A stretch of 64,000 bases of DNA from an uncultured Oligoflexia bacterium (GCA_950061135.1 CATLVU010000002.1:3-64002), one strand, 5' to 3'. Shown: positions 8,018 to 16,459, counted from the stretch's first letter. Program-made: numbers and translations. Notes: a model not told the origin generated them from the sequence alone.

Positions 8018-8818
8018 TTACTCAATACTCGCAGGCTGCCTTTGCAATCTTAATAAAGCTTTTTTCTTAGGGCATTCTATAGATTTTTTATTTCCAGTGC
8101 GGGCATCTTTCACGATAACTTGCTGAATATTTCCCATATTATCTTGTGCAAAAATAAACTGATTCGTTTTCTCATTAAACATAGCACTTAATTTGAGTCT
8201 TTGATTATCAATTTGGTTCCAAATAGGTTTGTTAACAATGATATTTTCTTCAGTTAAAGTGACCAGTTGTTCATGACCGTCTATAGAAAATGAAATAGAG
8301 TCTGGGCCCATATTTACGTTTCTAATTTGACATTGATTACCTTGAGAAAAAGAGCTGAGTTTATGATAAAACTCATTGAGTGGTAATTTTCTCGATAGCA
8401 TTTGAGTATATTTTTTATAATTTGTTTTAACCTCTCTTTCAAATGCTTCAAGTAAAAGATGTGTACCGTTAACATGTGCCAAAGACAAAGTATCAACTTG
8501 CTCACTACTAAGAACCTTTGAGTATTCAATTTCTTTTGCTACTTTTTTAAGATCAGAACTTAGCTTTGCAAGATTTGTAATTGATTTTTGATATGACTTT
8601 TTAAGTTTCTCTCCAAGCTCAACTAATTGTTGATCAGACTTTTTCTTTTGTAATTCTTTTGGGATATAGAAACTTAACCCTTGGTCTAAAACATCGTCTT
8701 CTATAATATTAATTTGCTTGGCATATACATGATATTGTTGCTCTTTATCACTAAGCTCTTTGGCCAGTAAATTTGGTGTTAGATTGAATAATAGGAGTGA
8801 TAACAATAAGTTTTTCAT
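8018..8818 (-). CDS. secreted hypothetical protein
   Basis: 266 aa with signal peptide MKNLLLSLLLFNLTPNLLA. Its stop codon directly abuts the stop of the convergent gene (TAATTA at 8015..8020). Confidence 0.55.
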   Translation of the reverse strand: MKNLLLSLLLFNLTPNLLAKELSDKEQQYHVYAKQINIIEDDVLDQGLSFYIPKELQKKKSDQQLVELGEKLKKSYQKSITNLAKLSSDLKKVAKEIEYSKVLSSEQVDTLSLAHVNGTHLLLEAFEREVKTNYKKYTQMLSRKLPLNEFYHKLSSFSQGNQCQIRNVNMGPDSISFSIDGHEQLVTLTEENIIVNKPIWNQIDNQRLKLSAMFNEKTNQFIFAQDNMGNIQQVIVKDARTGNKKSIECPKKKALLRLQRQPASIE

Positions 8819-8850
8819 AATAACCTCATCGGTTATTATAACAGGATACT

Positions 8851-9528
8851 TTAGCTTAAAGGTCTGTTATTTTTCAGCCTTAGCTCAAGGTCGCTAACTA
8901 GTTGATTTTTAAATGTCATGAAATCATTTGAAAAGTTCGCCTTGTAATCATTAATCTCTAAAACTTCTAGGTTTAAATGAATATCTTTGAATAACCTAGG
9001 TATAAGCTGTCCAGGGTGCTGAATATGGTGTAGCCCACCAGAGTAGGCAATTAACATTCTTCCTTCATTGAGTTCAAAAAGAATATCAGCAATACCGCTT
9101 TTTATAGACATAGGCTTACCGTAAGCATCAAGTCCATTTTTACGCATCATTCTACCTTCAGGTGCAATTGCGATCATGGACCTATTTTCAATAGCTTGCA
9201 AGAACTGCTGCCAGCTCTTATCTCTTTTCCTAGTGATAGAAATCATACCTTTTCCGCCAATGAGCTTCCAAAATAGGCCGACAATTGGCCGATCAAGAGT
9301 TTTATTGGCCCCAGGGATAACCATTTTTCTTGCAAATCTCCATACAAATGAAACAGGAACGGCACTAACAAATATGGGTTCATATAAGGAAGTATGATTT
9401 AGTATGACTATAAGTCTGATCTTTTTGAAGTCCTGAATTTCTGATAGCCATTTTAGATGTAGCCTATAAAAAATATGAGAAAATACTTTGATCATCATCA
9501 TGATCAAAAAGCTTATTAAAATACGCAT
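8851..9528 (-). CDS. lysophospholipid (PlsC-family) acyltransferase
   Basis: Acyltransferase block I-like NHTSLYEP (an HX4E variant of HX4D) and block III PEGRMMR. N-terminal membrane anchor. Confidence 0.7.
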   Translation of the reverse strand: MRILISFLIMMMIKVFSHIFYRLHLKWLSEIQDFKKIRLIVILNHTSLYEPIFVSAVPVSFVWRFARKMVIPGANKTLDRPIVGLFWKLIGGKGMISITRKRDKSWQQFLQAIENRSMIAIAPEGRMMRKNGLDAYGKPMSIKSGIADILFELNEGRMLIAYSGGLHHIQHPGQLIPRLFKDIHLNLEVLEINDYKANFSNDFMTFKNQLVSDLELRLKNNRPLS

Positions 9529-9688
9529 AATGAATATTCCCTTGAAAAAAATAAGAAATCAAGTAGTTAGAAAGTCAGTTTATACTTTGCAGCAGATGAC
9601 CAGCATGCTAGATTGGCACGACATTTAATATGCTTTTACTCGCTCCATACAAAGATATGGGGCTTAATTATAATCCAGGAGAATAAGT

Positions 9689-10285
9689 ATGATCTACGAA
9701 ACAGCGTACGTATTACGTGCCGACACGACAGAAGATGCTATTAACAAAATGGCAGAAACAGTTAAAGCTACAATTGCAGAGTATGCAGGAGAAGTCCTTG
9801 TAAGCGATGCATGGGGAGTTAAAACTTTCGCTCAACCAACTTCAAAGGGTGAAACTCGAGGAAATTATTTTTACGTTATGTATAAAGCAAATACAGAATG
9901 TAACAAAGAACTTGAAAGAAGATTCAGAATTAGTGAAGAAACTTTAAAGTTTATTTTTGTTAAGCTTGGAGTTGAAGCTGACCAAGAAGCAATTGTTAAG
10001 GGATATAAAAACCCTGATCACGCGGTAACTGAAGCTGGTGCTGATGATGATAAAGAAAGAAAGATGTTTTCAAAAAGAAAGTCTTGTTGGTTTTCAGCAA
10101 AGAAAACTTCTCCAGACTGGAAACATGCAAATACATACGCATGGTTAGTTAATGAGTTTGGTAAAATTTCTCCAGCACGAGTGACAGGTCTAAGACCAAA
10201 GTATCAAAGAGCTGCTACAACTGCGATTAAGCGTGGACGTTGCATGGGAATGATCAGTCATATGTCTAGTAGAACATTAAGATAA
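9689..10285 (+). CDS. rpsF/rpsR: fused 30S ribosomal proteins S6 (N-terminal) and S18 (C-terminal) in one 198-aa ORF
   Basis: The N-terminal ~115 aa fit S6 (MIYETAYVLRAD...GNYFYVMYKA...RFRISEETLKFIFVKL). The C-terminal ~75 aa fit S18 (KRKSCWFSAKK...GKISPARVTGLRPKYQRAATTAIKRGR). The reading frame is continuous. RBS aGGAGaataagt lies before the ATG. Confidence 0.85.
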   Translation: MIYETAYVLRADTTEDAINKMAETVKATIAEYAGEVLVSDAWGVKTFAQPTSKGETRGNYFYVMYKANTECNKELERRFRISEETLKFIFVKLGVEADQEAIVKGYKNPDHAVTEAGADDDKERKMFSKRKSCWFSAKKTSPDWKHANTYAWLVNEFGKISPARVTGLRPKYQRAATTAIKRGRCMGMISHMSSRTLR

Positions 10286-10301
10286 TAAGTAGTGTGAATT
10301 A

Positions 10302-11279
10302 ATGGACCAAAACTCAGACTCTCTTTCTTTTTTAGAAAAACTAAGACCGTTAATGATGGGATTAACATCTATTGTTTTATGCTTTAGTTTGTTCTTTGCA
10401 ATGTTTACCCCTTATCCTTTGGGAGTAGCAAGCTTGCAATACGGAAGAAAGAAAGCATTTCTGATAATTTTAGCGTCATGTATTCTATGTTTCTTATTTG
10501 CGAGAGTGTTTTTACAAGATTGGGTTCTTTATATTGTCTATGTTTTAAATGTATTAATTGCTTATGGAATAATTGAAACATTTCATAAGAAGATTAATCC
10601 TGTCAGAGGCATATTCTATATAGGAACAATTATTGTAGGAATGACTTTTATTTCATCAAGTATCTATCTTCAAAGTCAAAATAGTACAGCGACGGAGTTT
10701 ATAACGGCGATACTTGTTGAAAACCAAAGTGAGCTTGATAATATGAAAAAAAATCTTCAAGCTAAAGGAAGCACGGATACATTTCAATTCGAAAATTTAC
10801 TGAGTGAACCTAAATCATTCGCCACCTTACTAGTCAAACAAGTACCTGGATATTTTGTCGGGTCGCTCTTTGTCATAATTTGGTTGAATATGTTTATGTT
10901 GCTCAATAGTTCTCGATTCTTCAACTATCAAAGTGGAAAATGTAATATAAAAAACTTATTAGAGTTTAAGGTTCCAGAGTATTTTATTTGGGCGGTCATC
11001 ACTCTTTTGATAGGACTTGTTTTTGGAGATAAGGTAAACGAATGGATTCCTGTTGTCTCTGTCACAATCCTTAGAGGAGTAGGTGTTTTTTACTTTTTCC
11101 AGGGTTTTGGAATTTATATAGAATTTTTAAATACCATTAATTTAAAAGGTTTTTTTAGAACACTGCTTATCGTTATGACTATCCTAACCGCAGGAGAAAT
11201 TCTTGCGATTATAGGTTTATTCGATATGTTTATCGATTTTAGAAAATTAATTAGAAATAAGTTTAATAGAGGAGAATAA
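10302..11279 (+). CDS. DUF2232 (YybS-like) polytopic membrane protein
   Basis: 325 aa with multiple TMs. It sits immediately upstream of rplI-dnaB, matching the conserved yybS...rplI-dnaC neighbourhood of Firmicutes. Confidence 0.65.
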   Translation: MDQNSDSLSFLEKLRPLMMGLTSIVLCFSLFFAMFTPYPLGVASLQYGRKKAFLIILASCILCFLFARVFLQDWVLYIVYVLNVLIAYGIIETFHKKINPVRGIFYIGTIIVGMTFISSSIYLQSQNSTATEFITAILVENQSELDNMKKNLQAKGSTDTFQFENLLSEPKSFATLLVKQVPGYFVGSLFVIIWLNMFMLLNSSRFFNYQSGKCNIKNLLEFKVPEYFIWAVITLLIGLVFGDKVNEWIPVVSVTILRGVGVFYFFQGFGIYIEFLNTINLKGFFRTLLIVMTILTAGEILAIIGLFDMFIDFRKLIRNKFNRGE

Positions 11280-11280
11280 A

Positions 11281-11844
11281 ATGAAAGTAATATTAACTGA
11301 AAATGTTAAAAGTTTAGGGAGCGTTGGTGAAATCGTAAACGTTTCTCAGGGCTTTGCACGTAACTTTTTAATTCCAAATTCAAAAGCTAAACTTGCCGAT
11401 GAAGGCAATGCGAAGCAAATGGAAGACTACCAAAAAATGTTAGCTAAAAAAGTTGCAGAAGAAAAAGCAGCTGCAGAAGCTACAGCGAAAAAGTTAAATG
11501 GTTTTACATTAAACTTAGTTAAAAAAGTTGGTAGTAACGGAAGACTTTTTGGAACTGTTACAAATACAGAATTAGCTAAAGAGTTAGCAGGTAAAGACAT
11601 TGAGGTAGAAAGAAGAATTTTAACAATTGAAACGCCAATAAAAACAACTGGTGAATTTGACGTTACTGCGAAACTTTTTAAAGGTGTTGAAGCTACATTT
11701 AAAGTTGTCGTTGAAATGAGCGCACAGCAAGCTGAAGAATTGAAAGCTAAAGAAGCTGCTGCAATTGCTAAAAAGAAGCAGAGAAAAGAAGAAGCTGCGA
11801 CTGAAGAAGCAGCGGAAACTACAGAAGAAAAAACAGAAGAATAA
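11281..11844 (+). CDS. rplI: 50S ribosomal protein L9 with a ~38-aa Ala/Glu/Lys-rich C-terminal extension
   Basis: N-terminus MKVILTENVKSLGSVGEIVNVSQGFARNFLIPN matches the L9 consensus. 187 aa, against about 150 aa typical. Confidence 0.92.
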   Translation: MKVILTENVKSLGSVGEIVNVSQGFARNFLIPNSKAKLADEGNAKQMEDYQKMLAKKVAEEKAAAEATAKKLNGFTLNLVKKVGSNGRLFGTVTNTELAKELAGKDIEVERRILTIETPIKTTGEFDVTAKLFKGVEATFKVVVEMSAQQAEELKAKEAAAIAKKKQRKEEAATEEAAETTEEKTEE

Positions 11845-11852
11845 AAAACTCT

Positions 11853-11882
11853 TATGGCCATCTTTGTTCAAGGATGGCCATA
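11853..11882 (+). terminator. 10-bp perfect hairpin between rplI and dnaB (possible attenuator/terminator)
   Basis: TATGGCCATC-tttgttcaag-GATGGCCATA begins 9 nt after the rplI stop. There is no downstream T-run, so intrinsic-terminator status is uncertain. Confidence 0.35.
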
Positions 11883-11919
11883 AATTAAAAAATCAATTAA
11901 CTTTATTCAAGGAGCATAG

Positions 11920-13260
11920 ATGTCTAAAGAGTTACCTCATGATTTATTAGCTGAAAAAGCTTTTGTTGGGTGCTTACTTGTTGATAATGCTTCCTTTGAT
12001 GAAATAACTGATTTGAATTTATCATCTCAAGATTTTTATCATCCTCAATACGCGACTGTATTTCAAGGAATTCACGAACTATTTAGCGAAAGCTTACCAT
12101 TTGATCTTGTAAGTATATGTTCGAAGCTAAACGATATGGGAAAACTTGAAAGTATAGGAGGTCAAGGCTTTATTGTTGACCTTGTTGAAGATACCGCCAG
12201 CTCTGCTAATATTTATCACTATGCTCAAACCATTAAGAATAAATCTGTCTTAAGGTCAATTGTCAGAAATTCAATGCGTATAACCGAACAAGGAACAAAC
12301 TTTGTTGGAGACATTAAAGAGTTCATTGATGAGGTTGAATCAAGTTTTTTTAATCTGGCCAATCAAACTAGAACTAACAAAGTTGTAACTTTAAAGGAGT
12401 CATTAAAGGAAAACTTAAGACGACTAGAAAAAGGCAAAGCTAATGCAGGTGAAGTTTTAGGTCTTAGTTCAGGTTTTGAAAGTCTGGATCAAAGACTACT
12501 TGGTATGCAACCTGGTCAAATGATAATTGTTGCAGCAAGGCCAGGTATGGGAAAGACTGCTCTCGCATTAAATATGGCCTTAAACGCAATGAAGCAATCT
12601 GGTTTGCCGATAATGTTTTATTCTTATGAGATGCTTGCACCAGAATTATCAGGAAGGATCTTGTCGTCTGAAGCAAATATTGACTCTCGAAAAATCAGAA
12701 CAAATGACTACACTGATAGCGATCTTAGAAACTTAGGTCATGCAGTTCAATCTCTATCCCATCTACCTCTTTTTATAAATGATAGTGGTGCCACTACATT
12801 ACTAGATATTAAGTCACAGGCCCGTAAAGTAAAATCAGAACAAGGTCTGGGAATGATAATGATTGATTACCTTCAGTTAATGCAACCTCATGTGAGAAAG
12901 CAATCAAGAGAGCAAGAGATTGCTGAAATTTCAAGAGGGATTAAAGAACTGGCCAAAGAATTAGAATGCCCAATTTTGGCCATGAGTCAGTTGAACCGTT
13001 CAGCAACTTCGAGAACAGATAGACGTCCTCAATTACAAGACTTAAGAGAATCTGGTTCTATTGAGCAAGATGCCGATGTTGTTATCCTATTACATCGTGA
13101 AGATTATTATGATGAAAATACAGCAGAAAAAGGGATTGCAGAAATTATCGTAGCAAAAAACAGAGCGGGAGAGCCTGGCACTGTTAAATTAGCATGGGTT
13201 GCTGCTCAGACTAAATTTGCTCCTCTGCAGTTTGATCCTCAGGAAAATGTCCAACAATAA
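11920..13260 (+). CDS. dnaB: replicative DNA helicase DnaB
   Basis: N-terminus PHDLLAEKAFVGCLL, Walker A ARPGMGKTALALN, IDYLQLM, and the RESGSIEQDADVV motif. Confidence 0.95.
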   Translation: MSKELPHDLLAEKAFVGCLLVDNASFDEITDLNLSSQDFYHPQYATVFQGIHELFSESLPFDLVSICSKLNDMGKLESIGGQGFIVDLVEDTASSANIYHYAQTIKNKSVLRSIVRNSMRITEQGTNFVGDIKEFIDEVESSFFNLANQTRTNKVVTLKESLKENLRRLEKGKANAGEVLGLSSGFESLDQRLLGMQPGQMIIVAARPGMGKTALALNMALNAMKQSGLPIMFYSYEMLAPELSGRILSSEANIDSRKIRTNDYTDSDLRNLGHAVQSLSHLPLFINDSGATTLLDIKSQARKVKSEQGLGMIMIDYLQLMQPHVRKQSREQEIAEISRGIKELAKELECPILAMSQLNRSATSRTDRRPQLQDLRESGSIEQDADVVILLHREDYYDENTAEKGIAEIIVAKNRAGEPGTVKLAWVAAQTKFAPLQFDPQENVQQ

Positions 13261-14434
13261 TATTTATTCTTCTTTTTATTTATATAAAAAGCATAAGCAA
13301 TTATTATGCTCTGACCCTAAATATGCATTTTTATATTTTAAAGATTTCAGGATTAATTTACTCACCGGCAAAAAAGAAGATACATCTATAGAGCACTTAG
13401 TATTGTATCTTGAATCAAAAAACCTTGATGAAAATTTGAAGAGTCCTCATGTAATTCACCTTTTTTTTGAATTAGGTTATTTTTTTACAGGACTAGAGAA
13501 CTTGATTGATGCTAATAAGCCGCTTGCGATTATTATTAAGTATAATAATGCTGTAGAAAAGGACATCGACTTTAATATTCAAGAAAACTTTAATTTCGAA
13601 TCTAACTCTTCAATTAGCTTTAAGGAATATCAAACAAAATTCAATGAGGTTCAAAGAAATTTAAAAGAAGGGCAATGCTACCAACTAAATTTAACCGCAC
13701 CTTTTTATTTTAAATTTGATAAAGAGTTAAAACCAGAAGACTTTATAAATGCTCTTTGGAAAAATACCTTGGCGATTGGAGCTTATTCTCATTATACCTA
13801 TATTGGCACTTATAATAAATTATTTCTAAGTAATTCTCCTGAATGTCTTTTCCAATACGATAAAAGTAAAAGAGAACTGGTTACAATGCCAATTAAAGGG
13901 ACTGTGAATGTTTCTAGTTTTAAAGATCGAGAAGCTGCATGGGAATATCTTATTAAAAGTAAAAAAGATGAGACAGAGCTCAATATTATTACTGATCTTT
14001 TAAGAAATGATATGACAAAAATTCAACTGAACCCTTCACGTGTTCTAAGTCTTAAAAGAAGGCTCGAAGTTCCAGGCCTGATTCATCAATACTCAATGAT
14101 TGCAACAAAGTTATCCGCAAATACAAGTTTAGCGGTAGTGCTTAGAGCATTGTTTCCTGGAGGAAGTATTACCGGTGCTCCTAAAAAAAGAGTTATGGAA
14201 TTAACCAAGAGAATTGAAAATTATCAACGAGGTTTATACACGGGCTCTACTGTTTTACTTTATGAAAAAATGGCCTGTGCAAATATTAATATTCGGACAG
14301 CTCAAGTCGATTTTGAAAATTATGAAATTAAATATGGGGCAGGCGGTGGTATCACGGTACAAAGTACAGTCAAAGAAGAGTACGAGGAATTATTTGCTAA
14401 GCTTGAAAGCTTTCTTAGAGTTTTTACGAAGTAG
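13247..14434 (+). CDS. pabB: chorismate-binding enzyme, aminodeoxychorismate synthase component I-like
   Basis: C-terminal signature PGGSITGAPKKRVMEL...RGLYTGS...GAGGGIT. The ORF track starts at 13199, but ATG 13247 (MSNNN) overlaps the dnaB stop and is the more plausible start. Confidence 0.7.
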   Translation: MSNNNIYSSFYLYKKHKQLLCSDPKYAFLYFKDFRINLLTGKKEDTSIEHLVLYLESKNLDENLKSPHVIHLFFELGYFFTGLENLIDANKPLAIIIKYNNAVEKDIDFNIQENFNFESNSSISFKEYQTKFNEVQRNLKEGQCYQLNLTAPFYFKFDKELKPEDFINALWKNTLAIGAYSHYTYIGTYNKLFLSNSPECLFQYDKSKRELVTMPIKGTVNVSSFKDREAAWEYLIKSKKDETELNIITDLLRNDMTKIQLNPSRVLSLKRRLEVPGLIHQYSMIATKLSANTSLAVVLRALFPGGSITGAPKKRVMELTKRIENYQRGLYTGSTVLLYEKMACANINIRTAQVDFENYEIKYGAGGGITVQSTVKEEYEELFAKLESFLRVFTK

Positions 14435-14534
14435 AATATTAAGAAATAACTTACATTCTAGAAATGTCGCTAAATAGTCACTTTATTAAGTTTATATCAA
14501 TTTATAATAATTTCTTACATCTGTTCTCAAGAAT

Positions 14535-14564
14535 TTGACATTTTTTTAGGCCTCTAGATATGCT
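14535..14564 (+). promoter_or_regulatory. candidate sigma70-type promoter (TTGACA-18 nt-TATGCT)
   Basis: TTGACA at 14535..14540 and TATGCT at 14559..14564, about 60 nt upstream of the small ORF at 14624. Confidence 0.4.
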
Positions 14565-14623
14565 CTATGTCATAGAAACAAATATCGCCAAATGGATGTG
14601 GCATAATACTTCAAGGAGTAAGA

Positions 14624-14800
14624 ATGAAAAATGAAGATCAAAACACTCAGGTAAAGATTGAGTCTTTGGCAAGTCTAGCAGGGCTTCCTTTAGATCTAGT
14701 TAAAAAAGAACTCTTTGAAAATGCTGATTGCGATAATGTAAGCCTCGAAGAGATTAGAGCAGCAATGACCAAGTATATTGATAAGGCAATGATCGACTAG
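14624..14800 (+). CDS. small acidic protein (58 aa), below the ORF-track length cutoff
   Basis: ATG 14624 preceded by aAGGAGtaaga. It translates without stops to MKNEDQNTQVKIESLASLAGLPLDLVKKELFENADCDNVSLEEIRAAMTKYIDKAMID, with TAG at 14798..14800. It lies directly upstream of the stator genes. Confidence 0.5.
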   Translation: MKNEDQNTQVKIESLASLAGLPLDLVKKELFENADCDNVSLEEIRAAMTKYIDKAMID

Positions 14801-14828
14801 TCTTATTTTTCCTACCTAAAATTTATTT

Positions 14829-14856
14829 TAAAGAAGCGAAGCTAACTTACCGAATA
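14829..14856 (+). promoter_or_regulatory. weak sigma28 (FliA)-like promoter candidate upstream of the stator genes
   Basis: TAAA-16 nt-ACCGAATA compared with the consensus TAAA-N15-GCCGATAA. It lies 35 nt upstream of ATG 14891. Confidence 0.25.
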
Positions 14857-14890
14857 TTTGAAAAAGAAGTATTTTTTCAAGGGCTTATTT

Positions 14891-15664
14891 ATGGATATAG
14901 CTACGGTTATTGGTTTAGTTCTCGCGATTGTCTCTATACTAGGATCGATTCTAGCAGGTGGAACACTCGGCGCTTTTATTGATGTTCCCTCTATACTGGT
15001 TGTTGGAGGAGGAGTTACCTCTGCAATTTTTATAAAATGGCCATTAGATCAAGTAAAGATGCTAGTGCCTGTTTATATGAAATCCATTATGAATACGGCA
15101 ACAGATCCTAAAGGTATAATTGAAGAGATACAGTCTTTAGCAGAAACAGCAAGAAGAGAGTCTGTTTTCGCACTCGAAAAAGTTCCTGTAGAAGATGCCT
15201 TTTTGAAAAAAGCGGTGACACTTGCTGCAGATAATAGACCTCCTGAAATTATAACTTCAGTTCTACAATTAGAAATTGATTCGGTATCTGAAAGGCATAA
15301 GCTAGGGATTAATATTATAGAAAATGTTGGTAATGATGGCCCAGCATTCGGAATGATTGGGACACTTATTGGACTTGTTATCATGCTTCAAAACTTATCA
15401 GGTGGTCCTGAAGAGCTAGGTAAGGCGATGGCAGTTGCGATTCTTACTACTTTTTATGGAGCTGTCCTAGCAAACGTTTTTGCGCTCCCAATTGCTAACA
15501 AACTAAAGTTTTATTCTGAAAATGAAATACTTGTTATGAATATTATTGTTGCTGGTGTACTGGGAATTGTTGCTGGTGAGAACCCAAGAGTTATTCGAGA
15601 AAAACTTGATTCATTTTTACCTCCTGCTCAAAGAAATATTGAATCTGAAGATGGAGGAGAATAA
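14891..15664 (+). CDS. motA: flagellar stator protein MotA/PomA (PomA-like)
   Basis: MDIATVIGLVLAIV N-terminus, four TMs, PAFGMIGTLIGLV and AILTTFYGAVLAN. Overall colinear with Vibrio PomA as I remember it. The ORF-track TTG at 14858 would add 11 non-conserved residues. Confidence 0.9.
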   Translation: MDIATVIGLVLAIVSILGSILAGGTLGAFIDVPSILVVGGGVTSAIFIKWPLDQVKMLVPVYMKSIMNTATDPKGIIEEIQSLAETARRESVFALEKVPVEDAFLKKAVTLAADNRPPEIITSVLQLEIDSVSERHKLGINIIENVGNDGPAFGMIGTLIGLVIMLQNLSGGPEELGKAMAVAILTTFYGAVLANVFALPIANKLKFYSENEILVMNIIVAGVLGIVAGENPRVIREKLDSFLPPAQRNIESEDGGE

Positions 15665-16458
15665 TGGCCGATGAAGATGTAGTAAACGAATGTCCTGAAT
15701 GTGAGCCCATACCTGAGTGTAAAAAAGGTGCTCCCGAATGGATGGCGACATTTTCAGATCTCGTTACACTATTATTAACATTCTTTGTTCTTTTATATGC
15801 CATGAGTAAGACCGATGAGAGTAAATTTGAGTCTGTAGCTGGTTCAATCAGAAAAGCCTTTGCAGGGAACGCTCTTAAAATAGGAGAAACCATTCAGCTT
15901 GGTAAGTCTCCAGATGATGCTCCAACTATGATTGAGTCTCAAGAGCCTGTAGAGCCTTTTCCAATTGACTTGTTAACTACAGAAGGTTTTTTAGATAAAC
16001 AAGAGATTAATAGAGAATCAGATGAGGTATTAGCAGAAATGCGAAAAACGATTCAAAGTTATGACCTTGCAGAATCAGTCGATTTTTATCAGATGAAAGA
16101 AGGAATTAAAATTAGAGTTAAGGATAAAATAATCTTTAAACCTAATAGTACCGAAATGGCGAATACAAGTTTTCAAAATGTATTTCAAAGAGTTGTTAAA
16201 CTTTTAAGGGAAAACAAGTGGACTGTTTTTGTTGAAGGGTATGCAGATAAGAATGAAAGAGATGCTTATAATTTAAGTTCTCAAAGAACAATGGTTGTGA
16301 TGAAGGCCATCACTGATAGAGGCGTCAGCGCTGATCGAGTAACGCCAGTTTTCTATGGTTCAAGTCGGGCTGTAGAGAATGACTTTAATAGTAAAGTCGA
16401 ATTAATTTTGAGAAAAAGAGACCTAAGAACACCAGGTAAAAGAGTTCCATCTAGGTAA
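15664..16458 (+). CDS. motB: flagellar stator protein MotB/PomB with an OmpA-like C-terminal domain
   Basis: PEWMATFSDLVTLLLTFFVLL carries the conserved channel Asp. The Cys-rich N-terminus NECPECEPIPEC resembles Vibrio PomB. Its start codon abuts the motA stop (motA ends at 15664, the first base of this gene). Confidence 0.9.
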   Translation: MADEDVVNECPECEPIPECKKGAPEWMATFSDLVTLLLTFFVLLYAMSKTDESKFESVAGSIRKAFAGNALKIGETIQLGKSPDDAPTMIESQEPVEPFPIDLLTTEGFLDKQEINRESDEVLAEMRKTIQSYDLAESVDFYQMKEGIKIRVKDKIIFKPNSTEMANTSFQNVFQRVVKLLRENKWTVFVEGYADKNERDAYNLSSQRTMVVMKAITDRGVSADRVTPVFYGSSRAVENDFNSKVELILRKRDLRTPGKRVPSR

Positions 16459-16459
16459 T

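Noticed and set aside
8820-8836. Small hairpin ATAACC-tcatc-GGTTAT between the plsC-like gene and the downstream gene, considered as a terminator or RBS-occluding element
   Set aside because: It is a 6-bp AT-rich stem with no T-tract and is too weak to call. The two genes are probably co-transcribed.
11427-11871. Two long antisense ORFs (144 aa and 83 aa) opposite the 3' half of rplI
   Set aside because: They mirror the Ala/Glu/Lys-rich low-complexity tail of L9 (Ser/Phe/Cys-rich nonsense composition). They have no RBS and lie entirely inside a confidently identified ribosomal protein gene.
13199-13246. Upstream extension of the pabB-like ORF (MLLRLNLLLCSLILRK...)
   Set aside because: It would overlap 62 nt of dnaB coding sequence and add a hydrophobic, non-conserved peptide. 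ATG 13247, overlapping the dnaB stop, is the more economical start.
14214-14477. 87-aa plus-strand ORF overlapping the end of the pabB-like gene in another frame
   Set aside because: The region is already explained by the conserved chorismate-binding C-terminus (RGLYTGS...GAGGGIT). The alternative frame has no RBS or motif.
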